Of a stretch of 64,000 bases of DNA, positions 26,576 through 41,221 are shown in pieces. The stretch is from Paraspadella gotoi. Its lineage: Eukaryota; Animalia; Chaetognatha. The stretch lies in the NCBI GenBank assembly GCA_051294375.1, contig CM119265.1, positions 26,015,748 to 26,079,747 of the forward strand, written 5' to 3'. Each line of letters opens with the position of its first letter. The stretch's first letter is position 1. Below the pieces are notes generated by a model. That model had not been told where the DNA came from. It was given only the letters and a program-made list of their open reading frames with translations, and ran no database searches. A program made the position numbers and the translations under genes.

Positions 26576-29500
26576 AAAATTTTCAACTTTTAAAAAGAAA
26601 ACTTAAACTTTTAAGATTTATTAGTAATTTTCATGTTAATCACGAATCTAGATAAAAACTAAAACCAAAAACAAAACAGAACAATTAAACATAACAAAAC
26701 AGAAAAAAACTAAACAAAACGAAAAAATACAAAACGAACAAAAACAAGCAAAACAAACAAAACAAAAGCAAAAACTTCTCCCAAAAAACTTCCTCTTTCT
26801 CGCAGGATGGAAATCATGAGACCGGTCATAGATTATCCTAGTTAAGCCTCTGCACACCGAGGCTTAATCGCCCGCGTTATATTCAAGGATGACATTCAAA
26901 GTAACTGGGGGCTGATCCATTCGGTTTCATTCTTTTGCAATACAACATTGTTCATACAATCCTTCTATCGATGGCGGCGTACGAATTATCCTCCCTGCCC
27001 GGCGTTCTATCAAGTAATTTAATGAAGGGTAGTTCAGAGATGCTTCTCTTTATTTAAGCCGCTGATGCAATAGCAATCGGGGTCGGGTTCATCCTCCAAA
27101 CCAGAACGGAACCAACATACAGTCGTGAGCGAGGGGACAAAAACAGTTAGTGGCCCTCGTGACGCAGAAAGGTGGAATCAAATTTTAAAAATAAAAAGCG
27201 GAGGAGACACCCGACGACGACGACACGAGAAATACGACGAAGACGACGATATGACCTGGACGAATGACGAAATTCGGATTGGCGACCGATTGCGGATGAT
27301 GACAGAACGATGACAATTACGAGAAATGATGACTAAGGGCGGATGACGAATGATTAGGCGAAGATGAATGCATACAACGACGACCGTCACAAGACGACGA
27401 TGTTTGTCGGACGACGACGGACCCGACTGACCCGTTGAAGATAATAGAAACGGGGGGAATGATGAAAATAAAATACACGAATTAACGGACAAATACCGGA
27501 CAAAAAGTTACGGAACGCTCGAACCGAAGGGTGCAAGGCGACCATCCACGAAAGAAACAGAGAAACCGACACGACGAAGAAAGTAAGAAAGAAATAAAAC
27601 CACCCCAAATGCGCGGCTAACGGATGTGCTGACTGGAGTTTGCAGCCAAAGATCCAGATGCTTTTCGCTCTAGAGACATGAAAACAAAAGGTCTATGTTG
27701 GGGGGGAACTAATTTGCATTACAATAGTATTGTAATTTAACTGTAAATATAATTAGAAAAAATGATTTCCCTTTTTCGAAGAAACCACTGAACGAACTGG
27801 TTATACTTCTCGCATTTGAAATTTTAACGGCACAGTGTTCATTGTCTTATGATGGTATCACTGATGATTGACCCAAGATGGTGATTCGTGATTTAGTGTA
27901 TCACGACGTCTTCTGTGAAAATTTTTCGGTAGAGAAATGCGAGTTTACAAAAAAAACTTTGTCAACTTAAGTTTAATGACCGACACATCACTGACGCTAA
28001 ATGGTGAATTGTGGGTGACGTGGATTTATTGGTCCGTGCATACGCGAATTTATCTGATAACTTTCGAGTTCAACTAAAAGAGCAACAACGACAAACGACA
28101 ACGTAACGCAGGTCCTACAAAAAAAGGCATTGAAACGAAGTACGTTCCCGGACGGACGACGACGACGACGACGACGCTACTTGGTTTCTACTCTGTTTCG
28201 ATCTGCATCACCAATCGAGGAGGGGAAAAATGCGTTGAGCCCGAGGAGAAGGGAGTAAAGGTAGGGAAAGAGAAGAGAGGAATATGAGAGGCAGGAAAGG
28301 CATGAAAGAGAAGCAGCGGAGGAGGATACAAGGACATGCTAAGGAAAGGTGAGAAAAAGAAGAAGAAAAAGAGGAGAGGAAGCAAGAAAGCATAGGAGAC
28401 CAGCCCGACAGAGAGAAAGAATAGGAGGAAAGTCATCACATCTCAACTACTATATCAGGAGAAAGACGGAAATCGGAAGAGGGGAAAGGAAGGAAAGAGA
28501 GGAGAAAGAGGAAAAGTTGGAAAAAAGGAAAAAAGGGAAAAAAAGGCAGGGTGGAAAAGGATGAAAAAAAAGAAGAGGAAAAGGAACAAAACTAGAGAAA
28601 GGAGAGAATGGAAAGAATGATAAAAAAAAAATGCAGAAAACGGTTTCGAAAAAGACAAGGACTGAGGAGGACGGAAATTGGAAACGAAGAAAAGAAAAAC
28701 TAATACAATTAAATAAGAAAAAAAAAAAAAAGAGAGGAAAAGGAAAAGGAAGGCGAAAGCGATAAACGGACGAAAAAGGAAAGGGAGAAAAAAAAAAAAA
28801 AGAAAAAAATGAGAGAAAAAGGAAGTTTTTAAAGGATGAAGAAAAGAAGAGGAGAGATAAAGTCAAAGCGTGGGTGGTTTTCACTGTTAAGATCAAGACT
28901 AACCGGACCACGCCACCGCGGGCCTCGGATTTACGCTTATATTTATAGTGAAGCACCAGTATGCGTGTTTGGTAACAATAATCACCTCTAGAAACGGGAC
29001 AGCACTTCTTACCATGATTTCTGGCAATTAGACAGGGAAAAAAGAAAAGAGGAGAAAAAGGAACAGGAGGGCGAAGAAAAAGGAGAGAGATGAAGAGGAA
29101 GAATAGAGGGACAGCACAGCACAGGAACGAGGAGGGAAAGAGTCAGGAGAAAAAAGCACGAAGAGAGACAAGAAAAAAAAAAGGTAAAGGGAAAAGGAAG
29201 GAAGAGAGAAGAGAGCGATAGTAACTTTAGAGCTGAGCTAAAGAAAGGAAATTTAAAAAGAAAATTTATAATGATTATTTTTTTACGAGCAAGAGAGAAG
29301 AAGACTAAGTGAAAGAAAAAGACTCACATCTTAAGTTTAAGTCAGGGAACAAAAATACCAGAAGGAAACGAGATTTAAATAAAGTTAACCGAGACGGCAC
29401 GAGGGAGAAGAGAGAGAGATGTGACGGAAGAAAGGACAAAAACTAAGGAGAGGAAAACATGAGAGAGGGGGAGGGAAAGAGGGAAAAGGAGAACAAAGCG

Positions 29501-32500
29501 CCGAAAACAAGAGGAAGAGAAGGCGAGGAGAGGAAGAAAAAAGAAGAGGAGAGGGGGGAACGGGAAAAGAGAGAGGGAGAAGCGAGACGAGCGAGGAGTA
29601 ATGAGAACGGAAAAAGAAGAGAGAGAGAAGAGAGAGGCGGAGAGACGAAGAAGAACAGAGGAGACCATGAGGAGAGTCATATAAGAGAGCCGAAACGTGA
29701 TGAGAGAGAGAGAGAGAACCATGGACGGGACTTCGTAGATGAGCAGAGAGAGAGATGGAAGCATAGAGGCGGGGACGATGAGGAGATAGAGATGAGAAGC
29801 GCAGAGAACGAGAGAACTTGAAAGATGTGAATGAGAGATGAAGAGTCGATGAAGCGCGGGAGAACGGAGAGCAGGAGACGAAGACGAAGCCGGCGAGAGG
29901 AGAGAGAACTGAGAGAGGAGCGGAACGAGAAGACAGACATAGAGGGGGAAAAGAGAGATGTCTAACAGGGGACACGAGATAAGATGTACTTATAATATAT
30001 GAGCAAACATCAGAAGAATTACTAAAAGTTAGAATACCAACAAATTCGTCGCCATGACCGACGATTTTATTATATTATTGGACTATATGAACTAAAAATA
30101 ATAATGAATCTGAGCAACCGCCATCAGCAATACAAAAAAAACACAGATCTAAATATTACGGTCTGACCCGCAACGCCCGACTCAGGCAGATAGCCAAGAC
30201 CGCTGCCTCCACCCGCATAGCTCCCACAACGCTCGTAGCCTGCACGAGCTCCAGGCCCCGCCAACCGACGCGCGTTTCCGTCTCGGGCAGAGCTACGTCC
30301 TGCCTTTTACGGAAAGGCCGTCGTTGACAGGAAAACAGCGCATTTCCGTTTGGAGCATCTGATTCCTTTTTGCCATTCTACAAGCGAGCGGACGAAATCC
30401 ACATACCAAAACTTCACAACGAACTTCACAAAACAATCACTACACTTCTCCCGTCCGTGACCGTCCGTCGTCGTCGCCAGAAGAAGCATCCGATTGCAGC
30501 TAGCAGAGTGATCCCGGATGAGCATTCACTCTTCTTTTTTTGTCTCTTCACGATCCTCACCATTCACTATTCTCCACTTATGCAATTGTTTTCACAACCT
30601 GCGTGTTGGTCAGGTGGTCATGATTCCCCTTCAGATTTTTACCCACCGTTCACAGCCCAAACTAGAGCGACTCACATCTTCAATCTCGAACACCGCAAAT
30701 TCTTATCTCTCTCTCATCTCTCTCCTCTCTCTCTCTTGCTCTCTCTCTCTCTCTACTCTCTCTCTTTCCTCTCTCTCTCTGGTTTTAAAATTTCAACTTT
30801 AAAAAAAAAAACTTTAAAAATTTTAAAGATTTATTTAGTAATTTTACATATCCTTTTGTTAATCACGAATCTCAGATAAAACTAAAAACCAAAAAAAAAC
30901 AGAACAATAAACATAACAAAACCCGAACAAAACGAAAACAAAACGCAAAACAAATGGTTTGAGCAAACAAATGATCGGATCTGCCTACGATAATTAATTA
31001 ATTAATTGATTAATTAATAATTTAATTAATAGATTAACTATTAATTAATTAAAGATTAATTAATTAATTAATTTAATTAATAGGATTAATTATAAATTAT
31101 ATTCAGCTTGTCTTCATCGATGTCCTTTATTAAATTGAGTTTCAGGACAGTTATTAAATGTTTTATTTACATTTATCAAAACAAACAAATAATCCTCTAA
31201 TTAATCGAAGCCAGGCGGCGCACAAGTCCCGTCCTGTTCTCGATTTTTTTTTCGGTTTAGCTTTCTGCGTCTCGCTTTTTTGCAATCATGGCACTTTCTG
31301 AAAGTGTGTGATATCATAGGGAGTTGAATTTTCATATGATGGCTTCTAAATCATCAAGATTCTTTTACAAATTCTCATGTTTCAGTACAATATTGTTATT
31401 TGTTTATGTGTTTATTTACCAAAACAAAAAACGTTTTTTAATTTTCTATAGCGCTTCTCTCTCTCTCTTTTCTTCCGCACTGCTTCTTCTAAAAAGAGTT
31501 CCGCTCTGCCTTTTGCGTCCTGTGTCAGCCTATCTTTTCTCTCTCTCCTCTCTCTCTCTTCTCTCTTTTTTTTTTTACAAAAAATTTTTTTAGATATAAG
31601 TGCGGCTTCACTATATAATATATATAAAAACGATTGTATATTCAGGGCTGCGAAACCCGGGTTTCCTTTGGTTTATTAGTTACAATAGCTCACGCTACGT
31701 GCCGGTTGCTTCCTATATAGTACGGCCTGATTTCTATGTCAGAGTAGAAATTTGCTCTAGAGGGCTTCTCTCATCTCTCTGCTCATCTTTTAATTATTTT
31801 TATATATGTTTTCTTTCTCTTTTTCTCGTCAGCGGCTCTCTCTCTCTCTCTCTTTTTCCCTCTCTTCTTCTATGTCTCTCTTGTCTCTGCTTGTCTGTTT
31901 TGTCTGTTTTTGTCCCTATCTGTCCGATTTCTTCATTATTTTGTTTTTGAAAAATTCTCGATTATTTTTTTCCTTCAAAAAAGGCTTTTTTATGTATTTC
32001 CATTTATTTCTTCTTTTTCAAATACAAAATCCCATATTTTCATCCGAGATTTTCGCTGGAATTTATTCTCTTTCTTTCTCTCCTCTCTCTTCTCTTTCCC
32101 TCTCTCTTCTTTCTTTCTCTCTCTCGTCTTTTCTTTCTTCTCTCTCTCTCTCTCCTCTCTCTCGTCTCTCTCTCTCTCCTCTTTCTTCTCTCTCTCTCTC
32201 TCTCTCCTCTCTCTTTCACTCATACACGCATATTTGTTTGTTTTATTGACATCATCCGCCATCAATGAATGACAAGTCCATCGCATCCAATGTTAATGAC
32301 AATCCATCGCCATCACTGAATGACTATCTCACAGCAGTGAATGACTATATCGCATCAATAATTGATTATCAATCGAATCAATAATCAGATTCCATTACAT
32401 CAATACATACTATTACATTCGAATCAATTGGTATTACCTCAATCAATTTACTAGTACATCAACAATTCGTATATCGCATGATTCCATTCGTTTTTTTCCG

Positions 32501-32642
32501 GTTATTCTTTTTCCATTAATTTTCTATGGATAGCTGGGCTCTGGCTCGATCTTGAGTCTTTAGTTTTTTTATTTATGTCGTCCTCTCTTCTCTCTCTCTC
32601 TCACTTCTCTCTCTTTCTCTCTCACTCTCTCTTCTCTCTCTC

Positions 32643-32677
<35 letters not shown>

Positions 32678-34691
32678 TTTATGCAATAGCGACGAAACCT
32701 TATGCTTTTAAGATTTATTTTTTTAACTTGCATCATTTTTTCAACTTGCATAATTTGATCAACTTGCATTCCGTCAAAACTTGTATATCTAGCTTCTTCA
32801 CTCACTTTCCTACCGGCTCACAAAAATTTGCATCTCAAATCTCATCATGGGTTAACAATAAATAAAAAAAGATTTCAAGTAAATGCTTGACTCATATTTT
32901 TTTCATTTAAAAACTCATTGTTCCACTGGTTACGTGTTCCACTTGAAACTATATCAAGCTTGTTCATAACGTTTTCCTACCCACACACAAAATTTCACTC
33001 AATCTTATCCATCCAATTATTGATACATTGGAGGTATTTTATTGGTTGAAATAAGGAAAAGATTTTTAGTAAATCGACTTATGTTTTTTTCATTTTAACT
33101 AATTTCCACTCATACGACTTCCATCGAAATTTTTATATCCAGCTTTATCAGCACACTTTCTACCCCCCACACAACAAAATTTAATTCCAATCCAACCAGC
33201 AATCACGGAGTTATTGGGAGCTTTCTTGCGCTAAGATGGGCACGGATGGATGGATTGATTGACTAACTTAATTAATTATTGATTAACTTTATTTACTAAA
33301 TTGATTAAATAACTGAATTAATTATTTGATTTATTAATACATTCCTGCAGATACATTTAATATAAAGGAAAAAGACAGCAGAATCAATTAGTAAACAGGT
33401 TTTTGTTTTTTCCATTAAACTCAATTTCCACTCAAACTATGTCCATCGAAACTGATTTCCTTGTTCAATCACACACTTTCTCTACCCACATACAAAATTC
33501 CAAGCGTCAATCAGTCCCACTCCACTCATGAGCAATTGTGTTGTTCAAATAAGTGAAATGATATTTTTTTTTTTTTTCTCCATTTAACTCATTTCCACAT
33601 CGGACGATTCATCGAAACTTTAAGTATCCAGCTGCAATCACACACTTACCTATCCACACACAAATTTCATTTAAATCCATCCATCCAATCACGAGTTAAT
33701 GGTGTTTTTTGCTAAGGTGGGACGGCACGGGACGACGCACGGAACGCCACGGACGGCGGCACGACGGACGGACGGACAGGACAGGTAGGCTGGAGACGTT
33801 ATTACCGGAACATCATTTTTTTTCAATAATTTATCATTAATTCGAGTGTTACTGACATGATTTATGAAGATGCTGTGCCGACAATATTGAGGGGGCGTTC
33901 GGGACCGACGGACCGAAAAGTTGAGTTTATAAAAAGTGCAGGTTTATAGAGTACGCGGATCTGCCTGATAGCAGATCCGATAAAAATACAAAACAAACTA
34001 AAAAAAACAAACAACAAACAAAACCCAAACCAAAACTTCTCCAAGAAACTTCCTTCTTTCCCGCAGGACGGAAATCATGAGACCGGTCATAGATTATCTA
34101 GTTAAGCCTCTGCACACCGAGGTTTAATCGCCCCGCCGTTAACCTTCAACCACCCCGAGGCCTTAATCATTTCGTGTCGTTTTATTGGAACAGAAAGAAA
34201 AAGAACGTTTGCGACTTCGTTAAACATTTTTTGGTATTGCCACTGTTGCCAGTGCTGCGTCGGTCTTCATCCTCCATAATAGTTGTCTGTTCGTCGTCGT
34301 CGGTTATTCGTCGTCCGTTCGTCATCTTTCATAATTGCGAAATGTCGTTGTCGTTTCGTCGTTCTCGTCGTCGTCCCGTGTCGTCGTCGGTCTTCGTCGT
34401 CGTCGTCAGGTCCGGTTCGTCTCTCCCCAAATTCTGCTTTTTTTTCGCTGACGACAGCAAATTTTGACCGATTCGTCCGTTTGTCAAAGAGAATCCCCTC
34501 CCGAGATGGAGAAAGGGAAACCTCGTCGTCGGTCGTTCTTCTGTTGTCGTCGTCATCCTAGTCGTCGTCATGTTTTTCGTCGTCGTCATCTATCGTCGTC
34601 GTCGTCGTTTGTCGTCGTTCATCCTAGTCGCTCGTCATGTTCGTTTCGTCGTCGTCGTTTGTCTTCGTCATCCTCAGCTCGTCGTTCCTGT

Positions 34692-34722
<31 letters not shown>

Positions 34723-35378
34723 CCCTTCTCGTGCCTTTATCCTGGCATTTCTGTGATTGTCATTCGTCATAATTCCAGTCGAGGGATAAAATTGGGTGAT
34801 TGCACAGAAAAATTCGCAAATGGGGCGGTTGGCCTTCAGTTGTTATGGGGTCTTGATTTGAGCTTTATTGCAATAAAAAGAGTTCACGTAATACTTTGGC
34901 TCAAAGTTATTAGTGATCACGTCAACTGGCTTTGATAACCGAATAGAGTTAAAATGTTTAAATCAGAGTTTAAAAGGTAATGAGGCTATGAGAAAAACTA
35001 ATTTTTTTAGTAGAGAAGATTGGACTTTTATGGAAAAAAACTTTACTAGTTTACAACTTTAGTTATATTGTTAGTTTATCTATTGCTTCTTTGTATTCTT
35101 TTATTCATCTATCTATTCTATCTATCATATCTTATCTATCTATCTATCTATTCTATCTATCGATCTACTATCATCTATCTATCTTTCTATCTAGTCTATC
35201 TATCTGTTCTGTCTATTATCTATTCATTTGTTCTTATTCAATATTTCTCTNNNNNNNNNNNNNNNNNNNNNNNNNTTTTTTTCAGATAAAAGTAGCGATT
35301 TCTTGTTTTCCACAGATGGCGGATTCTTTCCCCTTAAGAATCGAAGCTTTGATTCGACAGAAAATTCGCGGGAAATGA
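23047..35378 (+). CDS. Putative 3' part of an unknown gene with short exons: 23047-23095, 23354-23390, 34067-34121 (copy at 26806), 34458-34531, 34779-34827, 35316-35378
   Basis: Six AG..GT bounded segments join without stops: GKLPFLPLLQKVERSGESSTLKGEIQYKRTEIMRPVIDYLVKPLHTEQILTDSSVCQRESPPEMEKGKPRRRRGIKLGDCTEKFANGAMADSFPLRIEALIRQKIRGK*. Donors are weak and no homology is recognised. Confidence 0.38.
30949..33986 (-). mobile_element. ~3 kb non-autonomous Helentron/DINE-1-like element, family B
   Basis: On the - strand it begins TTTTTATCGGATCTGC TATCAG GCAGATCCG, then GGTCCGTC and (GTCC)n microsatellites and ~5 internal tandem units of roughly 170-190 bp (32715-33720); it ends GCAGATCCGAT, small hairpin GTTTGCTCAAAC, TTGTT. 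It is absent from the equivalent site at ~26720. Confidence 0.75.
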
Positions 35379-38300
35379 GTGGAAAAGCCGAGTCAGGCAA
35401 AACAGAGAGAGAGAGAGAGAGAGTATTCAAGGATGACATTCAAAGTAACTGGGGGCTGATCCATTCGGTTTCATTCTTTTGCAATACAACATTGTTCATA
35501 CAATCCTTCTATCGATGGCGGCGTACGAATTATCCTCCCTGCCCGGCGTTCTATCAAGTAATTTAATGAAGGGTAGTTCAGAGATGCTTCTCTTTATTTA
35601 AGCCGCTGATGCAATAGCAATCGGGGTCGGGTTCATCCTCCAAACCAGAACGGAACCAACATACAGTCGTGAGCGAGGGGACAAAAACAGTTAGTGGCCC
35701 TCGTGACGCAGAAAGGTGGAATCAAATTTTAAAAATAAAAAGCGGAGGAGACACCCGACGACGACGACACGAGAAATACGACGAAGACGACGATATGACC
35801 TGGACGAATGACGAAATTCGGATTGGCGACCGATTGCGGATGATGACAGAACGATGACAATTACGAGAAATGATGACTAAGGGCGGATGACGAATGATTA
35901 GGCGAAGATGAATGCATACAACGACGACCGTCACAAGACGACGATGTTTGTCGGACGACGACGGACCCGACTGACCCGTTGAAGATAATAGAAACGGGGG
36001 GAATGATGAAAATAAAATACACGAATTAACGGACAAATACCGGACAAAAAGTTACGGAACGCTCGAACCGAAGGGTGCAAGGCGACCATCCACGAAAGAA
36101 ACAGAGAAACCGACACGACGAAGAAAGTAAGAAAGAAATAAAACCACCCCAAATGCGCGGCTAACGGATGTGCTGACTGGAGTTTGCAGCCAAAGATCCA
36201 GATGCTTTTCGCTCTAGAGACATGAAAACAAAAGGTCTATGTTGGGGGGGAACTAATTTGCATTACAATAGTATTGTAATTTAACTGTAAATATAATTAG
36301 AAAAAATGATTTCCCTTTTTCGAAGAAACCACTGAACGAACTGGTTATACTTCTCGCATTTGAAATTTTAACGGCACAGTGTTCATTGTCTTATGATGGT
36401 ATCACTGATGATTGACCCAAGATGGTGATTCGTGATTTAGTGTATCACGACGTCTTCTGTGAAAATTTTTCGGTAGAGAAATGCGAGTTTACAAAAAAAA
36501 CTTTGTCAACTTAAGTTTAATGACCGACACATCACTGACGCTAAATGGTGAATTGTGGGTGACGTGGATTTATTGGTCCGTGCATACGCGAATTTATCTG
36601 ATAACTTTCGAGTTCAACTAAAAGAGCAACAACGACAAACGACAACGTAACGCAGGTCCTACAAAAAAAGGCATTGAAACGAAGTACGTTCCCGGACGGA
36701 CGACGACGACGACGACGACGCTACTTGGTTTCTACTCTGTTTCGATCTGCATCACCAATCGAGGAGGGGAAAAATGCGTTGAGCCCGAGGAGAAGGGAGT
36801 AAAGGTAGGGAAAGAGAAGAGAGGAATATGAGAGGCAGGAAAGGCATGAAAGAGAAGCAGCGGAGGAGGATACAAGGACATGCTAAGGAAAGGTGAGAAA
36901 AAGAAGAAGAAAAAGAGGAGAGGAAGCAAGAAAGCATAGGAGACCAGCCCGACAGAGAGAAAGAATAGGAGGAAAGTCATCACATCTCAACTACTATATC
37001 AGGAGAAAGACGGAAATCGGAAGAGGGGAAAGGAAGGAAAGAGAGGAGAAAGAGGAAAAGTTGGAAAAAAGGAAAAAAGGGAAAAAAAGGCAGGGTGGAA
37101 AAGGATGAAAAAAAAGAAGAGGAAAAGGAACAAAACTAGAGAAAGGAGAGAATGGAAAGAATGATAAAAAAAAAATGCAGAAAACGGTTTCGAAAAAGAC
37201 AAGGACTGAGGAGGACGGAAATTGGAAACGAAGAAAAGAAAAACTAATACAATTAAATAAGAAAAAAAAAAAAAAGAGAGGAAAAGGAAAAGGAAGGCGA
37301 AAGCGATAAACGGACGAAAAAGGAAAGGGAGAAAAAAAAAAAAAAGAAAAAAATGAGAGAAAAAGGAAGTTTTTAAAGGATGAAGAAAAGAAGAGGAGAG
37401 ATAAAGTCAAAGCGTGGGTGGTTTTCACTGTTAAGATCAAGACTAACCGGACCACGCCACCGCGGGCCTCGGATTTACGCTTATATTTATAGTGAAGCAC
37501 CAGTATGCGTGTTTGGTAACAATAATCACCTCTAGAAACGGGACAGCACTTCTTACCATGATTTCTGGCAATTAGACAGGGAAAAAAGAAAAGAGGAGAA
37601 AAAGGAACAGGAGGGCGAAGAAAAAGGAGAGAGATGAAGAGGAAGAATAGAGGGACAGCACAGCACAGGAACGAGGAGGGAAAGAGTCAGGAGAAAAAAG
37701 CACGAAGAGAGACAAGAAAAAAAAAAGGTAAAGGGAAAAGGAAGGAAGAGAGAAGAGAGCGATAGTAACTTTAGAGCTGAGCTAAAGAAAGGAAATTTAA
37801 AAAGAAAATTTATAATGATTATTTTTTTACGAGCAAGAGAGAAGAAGACTAAGTGAAAGAAAAAGACTCACATCTTAAGTTTAAGTCAGGGAACAAAAAT
37901 ACCAGAAGGAAACGAGATTTAAATAAAGTTAACCGAGACGGCACGAGGGAGAAGAGAGAGAGATGTGACGGAAGAAAGGACAAAAACTAAGGAGAGGAAA
38001 ACATGAGAGAGGGGGAGGGAAAGAGGGAAAAGGAGAACAAAGCGCCGAAAACAAGAGGAAGAGAAGGCGAGGAGAGGAAGAAAAAAGAAGAGGAGAGGGG
38101 GGAACGGGAAAAGAGAGAGGGAGAAGCGAGACGAGCGAGGAGTAATGAGAACGGAAAAAGAAGAGAGAGAGAAGAGAGAGGCGGAGAGACGAAGAAGAAC
38201 AGAGGAGACCATGAGGAGAGTCATATAAGAGAGCCGAAACGTGATGAGAGAGAGAGAGAGAACCATGGACGGGACTTCGTAGATGAGCAGAGAGAGAGAT

Positions 38301-39492
38301 GGAAGCATAGAGGCGGGGACGATGAGGAGATAGAGATGAGAAGCGCAGAGAACGAGAGAACTTGAAAGATGTGAATGAGAGATGAAGAGTCGATGAAGCG
38401 CGGGAGAACGGAGAGCAGGAGACGAAGACGAAGCCGGCGAGAGGAGAGAGAACTGAGAGAGGAGCGGAACGAGAAGACAGACATAGAGGGGGAAAAGAGA
38501 GATGTCTAACAGGGGACACGAGATAAGATGTACTTATAATATATGAGCAAACATCAGAAGAATTACTAAAAGTTAGAATACCAACAAATTCGTCGCCATG
38601 ACCGACGATTTTATTATATTATTGGACTATATGAACTAAAAATAATAATGAATCTGAGCAACCGCCATCAGCAATACAAAAAAAACACAGATCTAAATAT
38701 TACGGTCTGACCCGCAACGCCCGACTCAGGCAGATAGCCAAGACCGCTGCCTCCACCCGCATAGCTCCCACAACGCTCGTAGCCTGCACGAGCTCCAGGC
38801 CCCGCCAACCGACGCGCGTTTCCGTCTCGGGCAGAGCTACGTCCTGCCTTTTACGGAAAGGCCGTCGTTGACAGGAAAACAGCGCATTTCCGTTTGGAGC
38901 ATCTGATTCCTTTTTGCCATTCTACAAGCGAGCGGACGAAATCCACATACCAAAACTTCACAACGAACTTCACAAAACAATCACTACACTTCTCCCGTCC
39001 GTGACCGTCCGTCGTCGTCGCCAGAAGAAGCATCCGATTGCAGCTAGCAGAGTGATCCCGGATGAGCATTCACTCTTCTTTTTTTGTCTCTTCACGATCC
39101 TCACCATTCACTATTCTCCACTTATGCAATTGTTTTCACAACCTGCGTGTTGGTCAGGTGGTCATGATTCCCCTTCAGATTTTTACCCACCGTTCACAGC
39201 CCAAACTAGAGCGACTCACATCTTCAATCTCGAACACCGCAAATTCTTATCTCTCTCTCATCTCTCTCCTCTCTCTCTCTTGCTCTCTCTCTCTCTCTAC
39301 TCTCTCTCTTTCCTCTCTCTCTCTGGTTTTAAAATTTCAACTTTAAAAAAAAAAACTTTAAAAATTTTAAAGATTTATTTAGTAATTTTACATATCCTTT
39401 TGTTAATCACGAATCTCAGATAAAACTAAAAACCAAAAAAAAACAGAACAATAAACATAACAAAACCCGAACAAAACGAAAACAAAACGCAA

Positions 39493-41186
39493 AACAAATG
39501 GTTTGAGCAAACAAATGATCGGATCTGCCTACGATAATTAATTAATTAATTGATTAATTAATAATTTAATTAATAGATTAACTATTAATTAATTAAAGAT
39601 TAATTAATTAATTAATTTAATTAATAGGATTAATTATAAATTATATTCAGCTTGTCTTCATCGATGTCCTTTATTAAATTGAGTTTCAGGACAGTTATTA
39701 AATGTTTTATTTACATTTATCAAAACAAACAAATAATCCTCTAATTAATCGAAGCCAGGCGGCGCACAAGTCCCGTCCTGTTCTCGATTTTTTTTTCGGT
39801 TTAGCTTTCTGCGTCTCGCTTTTTTGCAATCATGGCACTTTCTGAAAGTGTGTGATATCATAGGGAGTTGAATTTTCATATGATGGCTTCTAAATCATCA
39901 AGATTCTTTTACAAATTCTCATGTTTCAGTACAATATTGTTATTTGTTTATGTGTTTATTTACCAAAACAAAAAACGTTTTTTAATTTTCTATAGCGCTT
40001 CTCTCTCTCTCTTTTCTTCCGCACTGCTTCTTCTAAAAAGAGTTCCGCTCTGCCTTTTGCGTCCTGTGTCAGCCTATCTTTTCTCTCTCTCCTCTCTCTC
40101 TCTTCTCTCTTTTTTTTTTTACAAAAAATTTTTTTAGATATAAGTGCGGCTTCACTATATAATATATATAAAAACGATTGTATATTCAGGGCTGCGAAAC
40201 CCGGGTTTCCTTTGGTTTATTAGTTACAATAGCTCACGCTACGTGCCGGTTGCTTCCTATATAGTACGGCCTGATTTCTATGTCAGAGTAGAAATTTGCT
40301 CTAGAGGGCTTCTCTCATCTCTCTGCTCATCTTTTAATTATTTTTATATATGTTTTCTTTCTCTTTTTCTCGTCAGCGGCTCTCTCTCTCTCTCTCTTTT
40401 TCCCTCTCTTCTTCTATGTCTCTCTTGTCTCTGCTTGTCTGTTTTGTCTGTTTTTGTCCCTATCTGTCCGATTTCTTCATTATTTTGTTTTTGAAAAATT
40501 CTCGATTATTTTTTTCCTTCAAAAAAGGCTTTTTTATGTATTTCCATTTATTTCTTCTTTTTCAAATACAAAATCCCATATTTTCATCCGAGATTTTCGC
40601 TGGAATTTATTCTCTTTCTTTCTCTCCTCTCTCTTCTCTTTCCCTCTCTCTTCTTTCTTTCTCTCTCTCGTCTTTTCTTTCTTCTCTCTCTCTCTCTCCT
40701 CTCTCTCGTCTCTCTCTCTCTCCTCTTTCTTCTCTCTCTCTCTCTCTCTCCTCTCTCTTTCACTCATACACGCATATTTGTTTGTTTTATTGACATCATC
40801 CGCCATCAATGAATGACAAGTCCATCGCATCCAATGTTAATGACAATCCATCGCCATCACTGAATGACTATCTCACAGCAGTGAATGACTATATCGCATC
40901 AATAATTGATTATCAATCGAATCAATAATCAGATTCCATTACATCAATACATACTATTACATTCGAATCAATTGGTATTACCTCAATCAATTTACTAGTA
41001 CATCAACAATTCGTATATCGCATGATTCCATTCGTTTTTTTCCGGTTATTCTTTTTCCATTAATTTTCTATGGATAGCTGGGCTCTGGCTCGATCTTGAG
41101 TCTTTAGTTTTTTTATTTATGTCGTCCTCTCTTCTCTCTCTCTCTCACTTCTCTCTCTTTCTCTCTCACTCTCTCTTCTCTCTCTC

Positions 41187-41221
<35 letters not shown>

